A stretch of DNA of 32,188 nt from Octopus bimaculoides (taxonomy: Eukaryota): NCBI RefSeq assembly GCF_001194135.2, contig NC_068994.1, positions 49,216,475 through 49,248,662 of the forward strand, given 5' to 3'. The notes below the pieces were generated by a model. It searched no databases. It saw only the letters and a program-made list of their open reading frames with translations, and was not told the origin of the DNA. Of this stretch, positions 12,045-23,519 are shown piece after piece (within the stretch, counting starts at the first letter, position 1; every line of letters starts with the position of its first letter). A program made the position numbers and the translations under genes.

Positions 12045-12665
12045 GGGAGGAAGAGGAGAGAGAGAGTGTGTGTTAGTGTGTATGTGTATCAGTGTGTTTT
12101 TATATGTTAGTGTGTGTGTATGTTAGTGTGTGTGTATGTTAGTGTGTGTGTGTGTGGGTACCTTGATCTTTGTATGTATGTGTTTGTACGTGTATATGTG
12201 CGTGTGCGTGTGGTGATGTTGTTATTTAGCACCAAATCAGCAATGACCAAAGCACACATGAAACCAAATGTTCACATCTCGGTTTCTATCCAAACCGCAC
12301 TGTTATATATAAAAAAAAAACCCAACCATTTTGTGCAGATTTAAATCCAGTCGTAAGATCTGGATGAAATTTAGCTGCTGTTTATAACAAGTCAAGCAAT
12401 CAAAATGGAGTCACTTTCGTTAGCAACACATCATAGGTGCTGGTAATTTTGGGCTGGGGATAGTAAGGAAGTGAAACAACATTGTCGCAGCTGGTATTCA
12501 GAGGAATCCATGGGTAGAATTCATTAATATTTTAATGCAACGCTACGCGCGTTTCCACGAATCACATGTTTCTTACGATCATAATCCGTATTCCTGGGAT
12601 GATTACTGTACAGTCCGTAGTATCCATGGAGATCGGGTGGATCATAATTCATGTGTTCATTTCCT

Positions 12666-12701
<36 letters not shown>

Positions 12702-12703
<2 letters not shown>

Positions 12704-13034
12704 TCACAATCAGTAATTAACCAGTTAATGACATTGAAACTGTCACTAGTGGTATGGCTAAAGTATTGATCGCTTCGATCCTTTTCCTTGCATTCTGCTC
12801 CGTCTTGAGTATTGCCTTTACCCTGCGATAATTTTCTCTTCTGATCCTTTCCCTCATCATTGAATGTTTGATTCCGTCACCGTCAAATATCCCTAAGTAT
12901 TTGTAGCTCTTCGTTGGTTCTAATTCTTTGATGACATTCTGCAGGTCACGATTAACGTTGGATGTTTCTGTCATTTTTTCTTTGATAAAAGTACCTTTTG
13001 TACATTTATCGAGGTCAAATTACAACCTGATGTC
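12702..13034 (-). mobile_element. Decayed non-LTR retrotransposon reverse transcriptase fragment (R4/Dong-like)
   Basis: Minus strand translates DIRL*FDLDKCTKGTFIKEKMTETSN...ELEPTKSYKYLGIFDGDGIKHSMMRERIRRENYRRVKAILKTEQNARKRIEAINTLAIPLV, then after a frameshift SFNVINW. This matches late RT/thumb motifs (DIxMxFGLDKC, YKYLG, ELNAxNKxxAINTxAIPVxTYSF) of R4-clade elements. One in-frame stop, one frameshift. Confidence 0.85.
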
Positions 13035-13058
13035 ATTATTATTATTATTATTATCATC

Positions 13059-13273
13059 AAGACAGCGAGCTGGCAGAATCGTTAGCACACTGGGCGAAAT
13101 GCTTAGCGTATTTCACCCGTCGCCACGTTCTGAGTTCAAATTCCGCCAAGGTCGACATTGTGTTTCATCCTTTCGGGGTCGATGAAATAAGCACCAGTTG
13201 AACACTGGGTTCGAAGTAATCGACTCATCCCCACCTCCCCTAAGCTGGCCTTGTGGCAAAACTTTGAAATAAT
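13059..13273 (+). mobile_element. SINE family A, full length
   Basis: GCGAGCTGGCAGAATCGTTAGC head, GAGTTCAAATTCC B box, TTTCATCCTTTCGGGGTCGATGAAATAAGCACCAG body, GGCCTTGTGGCAAAACTTTGAAA tail. Confidence 0.9.
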
Positions 13274-13552
13274 TATGATTTTAGGAAGTAAACTCGAACC
13301 GTCACATGGATGAGATGCCCCAAGCCACCACAACCACCACCACCACAGCCACCAAGGACCTCGGATTCAAGGGAGGCCTATGTTTTGTGCACAATTTTGT
13401 CCGCTCTTTTCAATAGTCTCTGAAAGCTCTACAGAAGATCATGGAAGTTGCCCCACTTCTTCTGACTAAGTCATACATCATAAAATAAAGAGAAATTGGA
13501 AGTATGCCCACATTATCATTGACAAATACAATAATAAGTATGTTTCCTTCAG

Positions 13553-13624
13553 GCTCTAATGGATATCACTTAGGAGCTAACAAGGCTGGCGGAGTGGTTC
13601 GTCAACTTCACATCTATTTCCTTT
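13553..13624 (+). other. Candidate 72-nt exon (unverified)
   Basis: TGTTTCCTTCAG acceptor and TTT|GTAAGT donor; open in phase 1-1 (GSNGYHLGANKAGGVVRQLHIYFL); no homology recognised. Confidence 0.2.
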
Positions 13625-13776
13625 GTAAGTCGACTTTGAGTTAGAGAGAGTATTATTACAGGTTAGAGTTGCTAGCGTCAGGTAAAAGTATATTGAACTG
13701 GTTCCGTGTTCGCTCATAATTATTACTGAGTGTGTACACACACACACACCCACACACCCACCCACACACACACACA

Positions 13777-13848
<72 letters not shown>

Positions 13849-13981
13849 CGATGTTAGCTCATGATTATTACCGAGTGTGTACATATATATATAGATATAT
13901 GAATGTGTGTGCGTGTGTGTGCGCCTGTGTATTTATATATGTGTGTATATGTATACTTATGTATATGTATAAACATACACA

Positions 13982-14027
<46 letters not shown>

Positions 14028-14051
14028 GTATATGTGAATATATACATACGC

Positions 14052-14097
<46 letters not shown>

Positions 14098-14410
14098 ATG
14101 TATGAAGATGAATATAGTTCTCTCCTATCAGGAAATGAAATGCTTTAGTAGTAGTTCCTTGCAAAGCTTTACTCGCGTACTAAATGCTAACGTATAACGA
14201 GCCGCGATTACTTTATTGCTATGTTTATTATTTGAAGAGAAGTATGTGATGCAAGCGTCCAACTTCTGAAGTTCATTAATGCAAAGATTCTGTCACGAGT
14301 CTCTTTCAATTTTCTGCGCAATTGCATAGTGTATCGTATGAATGGATTCAACAAGAATCCCTCGCTTCATCTCTTTTTCTCTTTCTCTCTCTCCCCATGA
14401 TCCTCCTCGT

Positions 14411-14475
14411 TTATCTATCTATCTATCTATCTATCTGTCTATCTATCTATCTATCTGTCTATCTATCTATCTATA
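14411..14475 (+). repeat. (TATC)n microsatellite
   Basis: Tetranucleotide run with TGTC variants. Confidence 0.95.
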
Positions 14476-14551
14476 GAGCAAATGAGAGACAGAAGATGGA
14501 ATATACGAGAATTTATTATTACTCACGGCAATTGTCTCGACACGTCTTGCA

Positions 14552-14568
14552 TATTATTATTATTATTA

Positions 14569-14618
<50 letters not shown>
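14552..14618 (+). repeat. (ATT)n microsatellite
   Basis: Near-perfect ATT run ending at a SINE head. Confidence 0.95.
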
Positions 14619-14623
<5 letters not shown>

Positions 14624-14840
14624 GATGAGTGGCAGAATCGTTAGCGCGCTGGAGGAAATGCTTAGTGCTATTTCACCCGCCGCCACGTTCTGGGTTCAAA
14701 TTCTGCTAAGGTCGACTTTGCCAGTTCCGGCTCCAGTACCACTGCGTGGCACCTTGGACAAGTGTCTTCTACTATAGCTCGGGCCGACCAAAGCCCTGAG
14801 AGTGGATTTGATAGACGGGAACTGAAAGAAGTCCGTTGTA
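14619..14840 (+). mobile_element. Chimeric SINE: family A 5' half joined to family B body
   Basis: 14619-~14722 follows family A up to GTCGACTTTGCC; ~14723-14840 follows family B (CCACTGCGTGGCACCTTGGACAAGTGTCTTCTACTATAGC...GAACTGAAAGAAGTCCG; compare 27310-27425). Confidence 0.85.
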
Positions 14841-15144
14841 TATAATATATATATATATATAATGTNNNNNNNNNNNNNNNNNNNNNNNNNNNNNNNNNNN
14901 NNNNNNNNNNNNNNNNNNNNNNNNNNNNNNNNNNNNNNNNNNNNNNNNNNNNNNNNNNNNNNNNNNNNNNNNNNNNNNNNNNNNNNNNNNNNNNNNNNNN
15001 NNNNNNNNNNNNNNNNNNNNNNNNNNNNNNNNNNNNNNNNNNNNNNNNNNNNNNNNNNNNNNNNNNNNNNNNNNNNNNNNNNNNNNNNNNNNNNNNNNNN
15101 NNNNNNNNNNNNNNNNNNNNNNNNNNNNNNNNNNNNNNNNNNNN

Positions 15145-15203
<59 letters not shown>

Positions 15204-15989
15204 GTATATATATATCCACATATATATATATACACACATATGCATACATACATACACACACACACATATGTATGTATATATGTGAGTGTGTATGAAAACT
15301 GGTTTTGAAATTTGCACATGACTCGTTTAATAAAGCAGCAATGCAGCAAATGACTGTGCATTACAAATGTATTTTAAATAATTGTTTCTAAAATAAATGT
15401 TGTTTAAATAATAAAACAGAAAAATGCCATTAAAATCAGTAACAATATTTCCAATAATGAAGCCAAAATAAAAGGAAGTAGAAAAAGTTGGAACCGGAAA
15501 ATATTCTATATTGTATCAATTGCTGGAAAATATGTCTCTAACTTTTCTATTGATATCTATAGTTAAAAAGCAAATCATATTTTTTTCTATGTAAAAATCA
15601 TAGATTAATCACCAAACAATTTAATTTCCTGAATAGATAGAGAAAACAGTTGAGAAAAAGTTTGTCTTTATTTTCGGAGACGTTCGTCTGAATCTGAAAT
15701 TATATTAATATAAATAAAAGAGAAGTGAGAAGCGTAACGGTGCAAAAAGCAAAAAACATCATTCAAAGCCCAATGTATTCTCACACATATTTCTCTATGC
15801 GAAGAATTTTCTTTCGAGACTATTTCGCAGCGAAAAACATCCGAGTGTACACGAACGTGTCAAATGTCATTGTAAGCGCCTATATTTTACTCAGCACTAA
15901 ATTGTGCGCCTCTAGTTAATTAATTTCACCTCGACCAAAGTATACGCACATCAGCAAATGTATTATTGATTTTTCTTCTATAATACAGT

Positions 15990-16028
15990 GGAGGCGCAAT
16001 GGCCCAGTGGTTACGGCAGCGGACTCAC
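15990..16028 (+). mobile_element. Isolated tRNA-like SINE head (truncated before B box)
   Basis: GGAGGCGCAATGGCCCAGTGGTTACGGCAGCGGACTCAC has an A box TGGCCCAGTGG and tRNA 5' arm; nothing SINE-like follows. Confidence 0.55.
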
Positions 16029-16182
16029 GAGACTATTTGCGCAGTGTTCGAATGTACATGAACGTGTTAATTATGATTGCACTTGCATAAATAATATTTA
16101 ACGCGGCTGTGTATGGCGCCTCTGGCGTGCGTTTCGCCTTTAAGAAGAACATTTAGAGCATAATAATAATAATAATAATAAT

Positions 16183-16226
<44 letters not shown>

Positions 16227-16601
16227 GAGAGAGAATGTGCGAGAAAATGACAGTATGGGAGAATAAAGAAAAGGGAGGAGGACGATGTGAAGCAAATAAA
16301 AGACGTAAACGGTAGTTTCTGGAAAAATTCATACATATACATACATACATACATACATACATACATACATGCACATAAACATATAGTAACCCTGTGTATC
16401 TTATTGATTCTCTTGACTACCCGTTAACACTCTCCATAAAATGTGTAACACACACGATCCTCTCATTTACGCCGTCAAACTTTTTCTTATCTCTCGCTTC
16501 CTTTTGCATCTTCTCCGCTTTCCTCTTAACCCTCACTTCTGTGGCTGTGCATTACCAGCCTTTCCGATTCACTTCTGGGTGGATGCACGGACACACAGCC
16601 T

Positions 16602-16607
16602 GAGAGA

Positions 16608-16680
<73 letters not shown>
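16602..16680 (+). repeat. (GA)n microsatellite
   Basis: Near-perfect GA run followed by degenerate GA-rich sequence. Confidence 0.95.
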
Positions 16681-16685
<5 letters not shown>

Positions 16686-18099
16686 GAGAGAGAAGGAGAG
16701 AGAGACAGAGAAAGAGAAAGAGAAAGAGAGAAGGAGAAAGTGAGAGGGAGAGAGAGAGAGTGAGTGTGAAGGAGAGAGAGAAAGTGGGAGAGACTGAATG
16801 AGAAGGAAAGAGAGAGAGAGGAATTGGGAGACAGTGAGAGAAAGAGAGAGTGAGAGGTGAGGTGGAGTGATATCGAATATTTTTATGGAAATATTTTGGA
16901 TAATCGAAGCCGTCTTCACGAGCACAGTGAAAAACAAAACAATAAAGTATCGCTACTTAACAGTAACAAAGAAATATTTAAAGTTAGTTGTGATGCGTGA
17001 TTTCATTGGTTCTAATTAATCTACTTTAGATGACGAATTAAAACCACATTTGTGTCACTATTTATTCTCAAGTCTCACGTATTTCTATTCAATATTTTGA
17101 AAGACTGCACCAAAATATATCCCTCAGCAAGGCATGCGTTGCAACTTTACGGACAAATTATAAGCTTATAACCTCAATTGTAGAGCTAGTCATGGAAATG
17201 TTAACCTTTAGTTTCCGGATATATTGGGATAGAGAAGCAGAGTTCATTTTAACACTAAATTTATAGGCAGACTTGATAACGTGAATAAGATATGGATGTC
17301 TATTATTTTTCTATATCCTATTGCATAAACCTACAGTGTGTTCCAAACCTTCAAAGATTACACTGCGCTAATCCGGCGTAGTTTCTATTTTTGAGATGAA
17401 GAGAATAGTATATTCTTTTAATATCAACAGTCAATTCCTTTCCAGAGGGTTAAGAAATTTAGTGTGAGACTAGAATGAATGGAGAAATATTCATAGATAA
17501 ACTATATAGATAGATACGACATATATATTAAAGCTTTCATACGTATAGCGCAACATTCTCCCATAATTCCCCAGATATATCTCTATTCCATATGGGTTGG
17601 TGTAATTACGTTTGAGAATGCTAGTCTCTGTTATCTAGCATCTGAATATATATACGTATGTGTGTGTGTGTGTGTCTGTAAGTGTGTGTGTGTGTATACG
17701 TTTCTTACCTTTATACCAATGAATGAATATAACTAAACGTATATTCGAGTGGGCGCAATAAGCCTGTGTATATATAAACATACTTATATTATAGAGGAGT
17801 GCGGGTATATGTATCTATGTATGTATGTATATATGTATATATGTATATATATCATAACCTCATAAATGAATCGCCGTATTCAATATATGGGTGTTTTTAT
17901 GTATAATTTATGTGTATATGCGCATAGACTTGGATATATATTTATATGTGTGCGTATATTTATCTATATACATATGTATATATAATGCATCTATGTATAT
18001 ATACATATATATGTATGTATATATATATGTACATACATATATACATATATGTATACATAGATGCATAATACATATTTCTTGTACAGCCATTATGTACAT

Positions 18100-18160
<61 letters not shown>

Positions 18161-18628
18161 GATACAGATTGAAGACTTGCGTGTGCATGTATATATATTA
18201 TATATATATATGGAGATAATATCTAAATGATTCTCCGTATTCATATATTCAGGAATTTATACATATATGCCTATATATATATATATATATATATATNNNN
18301 NNNNNNNNNNNNNNNNNNNNNNNNNNNNNNNNNNNNNNNNNNNNNNNNNNNNNNNNNNNNNNNNNNNNNNNNNNNNNNNNNNNNNNNNNNNNNNNNNNNN
18401 NNNNNNNNNNNNNNNNNNNNNNNNNNNNNNNNNNNNNNNNNNNNNNNNNNNNNNNNNNNNNNNNNNNNNNNNNNNNNNNNNNNNNNNNNNNNNNNNNNNN
18501 NNNNNNNNNNNNNNNNNNNNNNNNNNNNNNNNNNNNNNNNNNNNNNNNNNNNNNNNNNNNNNNNNNNNNNNNNNNNNNNNNNNNNNNNNNNNNNNNNNNN
18601 NNNNNNNNNNNNNNNNNNNNNNNNNNNN

Positions 18629-18665
<37 letters not shown>

Positions 18666-18690
18666 GAATATATATATGCACATATATATG

Positions 18691-18721
<31 letters not shown>

Positions 18722-19603
18722 GAGTATATATACAATAAGAGTAAGAGAGAAAATGAGAGAAAGAGAAAAATAAATATGCATTGATGCACATAAAAAACAC
18801 CCACCCACACAAACACAAAAACATCCATACATATACACACACGCGCGTGCAATGCACACACAAAAGTATAAATTATTGGGAAAAGTTGTAGAATTCTTGC
18901 CGTTATTACTTCCATTTTCGCAGATACACACACTGGTATTTACAACACACACCCATACACAATGATACACACACACACATAGACATGCCGATTCAGAACA
19001 CTGATACTCACGCACACACACACGCAACACACAGGCGCACACACACACACACACACATGTATAATAGATGGAGAACATAAAACAAGAGAAATCTGTTGAT
19101 TCCTTGTTAGATATGTAACGTTTCTTAAGAATTCAATAATTTTGGATGTGGTCGATATGTGCCAAAATAATGCATGCCGACTGTGACTGTTCTCGAGGAA
19201 AAGTAAGAGTTTTTGCTTAAGAACAGATCTTCACATCCTTGCAAAAACTAACACACACAAACACACACACACACAAAGAGTGTCACGTGTTCTATGTTCT
19301 TATGCAAATACGTTTTTAATAATATTTTTATATGAGAAAATGTATTTGGATATGGGTATACGAGCGAGTAAGTGTATGTTTATTTGAGAAAGAACGTGTT
19401 TATGTGTGTGTGTGTGTTTGTGTGTGTGCGTAAATATATATATAGATGTGTGTATGTATAATTATATGTGTGTTTATACCACTGGGTGGTATGGGTATAT
19501 ATATATGTGTATGTGTGTGTGTGTGTGAGTGTGTGTGTGTGTATACTTGGGTTTATAGATATGTAAATCATATATTTACACACACACACACATATACAAA
19601 TAC

Positions 19604-20641
19604 ACAAGCGCTCTCAACTTTTGGTACAAATGCTCTTTATTTTTAATTGTTGTATTCCTGATAGCTTCCCCAAGAGTTCCCCATAGGTGTTTGATCGGAT
19701 TTAGATCGGGACTTTGAGCTGGCCAGTCCATGGGAACAATACCCTATGTCACAAACCATTGACGAGTATTCTTTGCTGTATGAACCGGAGCGTAGTCCTG
19801 TTGAAAGATAATACTGTTTCTTGACAGTCTTGGATGCAATTGATGGCTTTAAAACATCCACTAACATAGAAACATAGGTAGCTGAATTCATCCTTCCCTG
19901 ACATAAAAATATTTCTCCGGGTTCTGAGGCAGGCATGCCGGTCCACACCCTGATAGAACCACCCCCATGTTTTCTGGTTGATACCAGACATTCAGCCTTA
20001 AATTATTCCCCACCTCTGCGACGCACGAAAGTTGCACCAGATGTACCGAAAACCTGAGTAAAAACATGAAAAATAATATTAGCTTTATGTTGGATACTTT
20101 TTATATATTTTGACCAACAAACCAGTTACATTAAATTTATATGTTGATTGGATACATGTACTATCTTACCTGATAATTACTTTCATTAGACCGTATGACT
20201 TTCGACCATTGCTCACTGGTCCAATTTGAGTGGTTTTTGGCCCACTGAAGACGTTTTGTCCATATTCGCTTCAGAAACTCATGGCTTCTTTCTGGCTTTG
20301 CAGCCTTTCAGACCGTATTCTACAAGCCTTCTTCTAACAGTTCTGGTTGATATTTGTGAAGTACTTGCCTCATTGAAGTCAACATAGAGCTCCGACTATG
20401 TTTTTCTCCTGTTTCTGAGCAACTGATGGGTGATGGATCTGTCATCATGAGGTGATGTAACCTTTTTTCATTTTATTCTTTGTATTGTCTTCACATCTTT
20501 TGTCTCTCTGAAGCGCTTGAGAGTCGTTCGCACACCACATCGAGAACATTTCATCTTCTGAGCAATTTGCTTTTGAGACATTCCGTCTTCCCGAGGAGAT
20601 ACGATTAGACCTCGCTCACACTCACTCAGCTCCCTTGTTTT
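19604..20641 (-). mobile_element. Decayed Tc1-family (DD34E) DNA transposon transposase pseudogene
   Basis: Minus strand: KTRELSECERGLIV...GMSQKQIAQKMKCSRCGVRTTLKRFRET (HTH), STRTVRRRLVEYGLKGCKARKKP, RLQWAKNH...WSKVIRSNES (first D mutated to N, 20185-20187), KHGGGSIRVW, FQQDYAPVH (D at 19795-19797), WPAQSPDLNPIKHLW (E mutated to K at 19690-19692, 34 residues after D). Five in-frame stops, two frameshifts; no TIRs found. Confidence 0.95.
20054..20169 (-). other. 116-nt phase-0 spliceosomal-type intron inside the Tc1 transposase
   Basis: CAG|GTAAGA donor, CTAAT branch-like motif 25 nt from the end, T-rich tract, CTCAG|GTT acceptor; removal restores ...SNESNYQ-VFGTSGATFVRRR. Confidence 0.75.
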
Positions 20642-20826
20642 ATATCTAACTCCAACGCCAGTTGTTTTTACTCTTTCCCCTTCTATAGTTGGTTCAGCAA
20701 GTCTTTCCCAGTAAAGCTACATTAGTTGAGTTTGAAGCATGCTGGTATTTTTACGTACATACTTTCGATCTTGTTCTCGTAAGCATGTTTATTATTATTA
20801 TTTCATCACATTATAGTAATATGAGT

Positions 20827-21006
20827 ATTGGTTTCAAATTTTGGCACAAGGCCAGCAATTTTTGGAGGAGGAGCTAAGGCTTGATTACATACATCTCAAA
20901 AGGCAAAGTCAACCTCAGTGGAATTTGAACTCAGAAGGTAAACAGGGGCAGAATGCCGCTGAGTATTTTGCCCGGTGTGCTAACGATACTGCCAAATCGC
21001 CGCCTT
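20827..21006 (-). mobile_element. SINE family A with internal deletion
   Basis: Minus strand AAGGCGGCGATTTGGCAGTATCGTTAGC...GAGTTCAAATTCC...GACTTTGCCTTT, then directly the GGCCTTGTGCCAAAATTTGAAACC tail. Confidence 0.85.
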
Positions 21007-21171
21007 AATAATAATAATAAGAAGAACAGCAATAATAATAATGAAAATAAAAATAATAATAATAATGAAGACGATAATAATAATAATAATAATAATAATA
21101 ATAGTAATAATAATAATAATAATAATATTAATAACAATAACAATAATAATAATAATAAAGATAATAATAAC

Positions 21172-21202
<31 letters not shown>

Positions 21203-21272
21203 GTAATAATAATAATAACAATAACAATAATAATAATAATAATAAAGATAAAGATAATAATAATAATAATAN
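21005..21272 (+). repeat. Imperfect (AAT)n microsatellite
   Basis: AAT run with AAC/GAT/AGT variants, running into a gap; continues at about 21646-21748 with a (GAT)n block. Confidence 0.95.
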
Positions 21273-21643
21273 NNNNNNNNNNNNNNNNNNNNNNNNNNNN
21301 NNNNNNNNNNNNNNNNNNNNNNNNNNNNNNNNNNNNNNNNNNNNNNNNNNNNNNNNNNNNNNNNNNNNNNNNNNNNNNNNNNNNNNNNNNNNNNNNNNNN
21401 NNNNNNNNNNNNNNNNNNNNNNNNNNNNNNNNNNNNNNNNNNNNNNNNNNNNNNNNNNNNNNNNNNNNNNNNNNNNNNNNNNNNNNNNNNNNNNNNNNNN
21501 NNNNNNNNNNNNNNNNNNNNNNNNNNNNNNNNNNNNNNNNNNNNNNNNNNNNNNNNNNNNNNNNNNNNNNNNNNNNNNNNNNNNNNNNNNNNNNNNNNNN
21601 NNNNNNNNNNNNNNNNNNNNNNNGTTCCTGCCAGCTCATCACT

Positions 21644-21704
<61 letters not shown>

Positions 21705-21866
21705 TGATGATGATGATGATGATGATGATAATAATAATAATAATAATACTGACAAGAAGAAAAATAACAAGAAGGAAAAGGAAACAAGAATGAAGACGAA
21801 AAAAGCAAAGGAAGATGAAGAAAAAGAAAAAAAGAAAAAGAGAAAGAGAAGAAGAAAAAGAAAATA

Positions 21867-21934
21867 AAGAAGAAGAAGAAGAAGAAGAAGAAGAAGAAGA
21901 AGAAGAAGAAGAAGAAGAAGAAGAAGAAGAAGAA
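21867..21934 (+). repeat. (GAA)n microsatellite
   Basis: Perfect GAA run. Confidence 0.95.
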
Positions 21935-22826
21935 ACGAAGCTCTGATTAATTGGCATCACAGTTTAACCAAAAACAATAAAAAAATTGAATACACAAAGA
22001 TACGAGATAAAATAATATTGTAAAAAGGCAAAAAACAAGTCAAGAAAATATAAAAGTACAGACATATATACACATACACACACAGACAAAAAATCCCACA
22101 AATACACACACACACACATACATACACACGAGAGAACGGAACAAACATCATTTATTGTGAATTCATTGAAGTTAAGGCGCATTAATGCAGGCTCCTGATC
22201 AGATGCGTGACCGGTAAGGTGGTATGAGCAATTAATCTTCTTCTATATTGAGAGAGGACATTAAAGTATTAAAATCTTTCGGATTCAAGTTGGATGTTGA
22301 ATGTGAAAGTCGAACAAAAAATGGCGACACATAAAATACTTCTTTTCAAATCCTTCGAATGCTCGTGCGCGCACACATACACATTAGATTTCTCTAGCTT
22401 TCTCTCTCCCCTTTATATGTATATATCTCTCTCTCTATCTCTCTACTTCCTTCTCACATACATATATATACACGCAAGCAAGCAAGCACACGTGTATCCA
22501 TGCAAGGATACAAAAGTGCATAGTTAGCAGAAGTGCGTGTGACCGCGGGTATTTGGAAACTCGCTTCGTGATTCTGTGCGTAATTATGTGAGCTAGGACT
22601 GTGCAATATGATGCACAGAGCAGTAAGCAGACACACAGACACACACATGCGCGCACACGCACACAGACTCCCATACATATATTCACACAAACACATATTT
22701 GTGCAAAAATACACACAAGCGTATGTATTTACATATCCATATACATATACATACTCAAATACATATAAATATACGTAAAATATGTATGTATGTATGTATC
22801 TATATATGGATACAAAGATATGCTTG

Positions 22827-22858
<32 letters not shown>

Positions 22859-23380
22859 NNNNNNNNNNNNNNNNNNNNNNNNNNNNNNNNNNNNNNNNNN
22901 NNNNNNNNNNNNNNNNNNNNNNNNNNNNNNNNNNNNNNNNNNNNNNNNNNNNNNNNNNNNNNNNNNNNNNNNNNNNNNNNNNNNNNNNNNNNNNNNNNNN
23001 NNNNNNNNNNNNNNNNNNNNNNNNNNNNNNNNNNNNNNNNNNNNNNNNNNNNNNNNNNNNNNNNNNNNNNNNNNNNNNNNNNNNNNNNNNNNNNNNNNNN
23101 NNNNNNNNNNNNNNNNNNNNNNNNNNNNNNNNNNNNNNNNNNNNNNNNNNNNNNNNNNNNNNNNNNNNNNNNNNNNNNNNNNNNNNNNNNNNNNNNNNNN
23201 NNNNNNNNNNNNNNNNNNNNNNNNNNNNNNNNNNNNNNNNNNNNNNNNNNNNNNNNNNNNNNNNNNNNNNNNNNNNNNNNNNNNNNNNNNNNNNNNNNNN
23301 NNNNNNNNNNNNNNNNNNNNNNNNNNNNNNNNNNNNNNNNAAAGATTGAGAAGAGAAAGAGAAGAAGGGGGAGGAGGACA

Positions 23381-23519
23381 AGAAGAAGAAGAAGAAGAAG
23401 AAGAAGAAGGAGGAGGAGGAGGAGAAGAAGAAGAAGAAGAAGAAGAAGAAGAAGAAGAAGAAGAAGAAGAAGAAGAAGAAGAAGAAGAAGAAGAAGAAGA
23501 AAAAGCAGAAGAAGAAGAA
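23381..23519 (+). repeat. (GAA)n/(GGA)n microsatellite
   Basis: Long GAA run with a GGA block. Confidence 0.95.

Noticed and set aside
13577-13813. EGF-like YKGNRCEVDE...PC in a minus-strand ORF
   Set aside because: Lacks the cysteine spacing of EGF domains, ends in a stop, and the upstream part is microsatellite.
17201-17453. Possible piggyBac-type MITE bounded by TTAA-CC...GGG-TTAA
   Set aside because: The putative terminal inverted repeats do not match beyond 2-3 nt.
20642-20826. Terminal inverted repeat of the Tc1 element
   Set aside because: No TA-CAG-type end or inverted match to the 3' side was found; both ends appear lost to SINE and microsatellite sequence.
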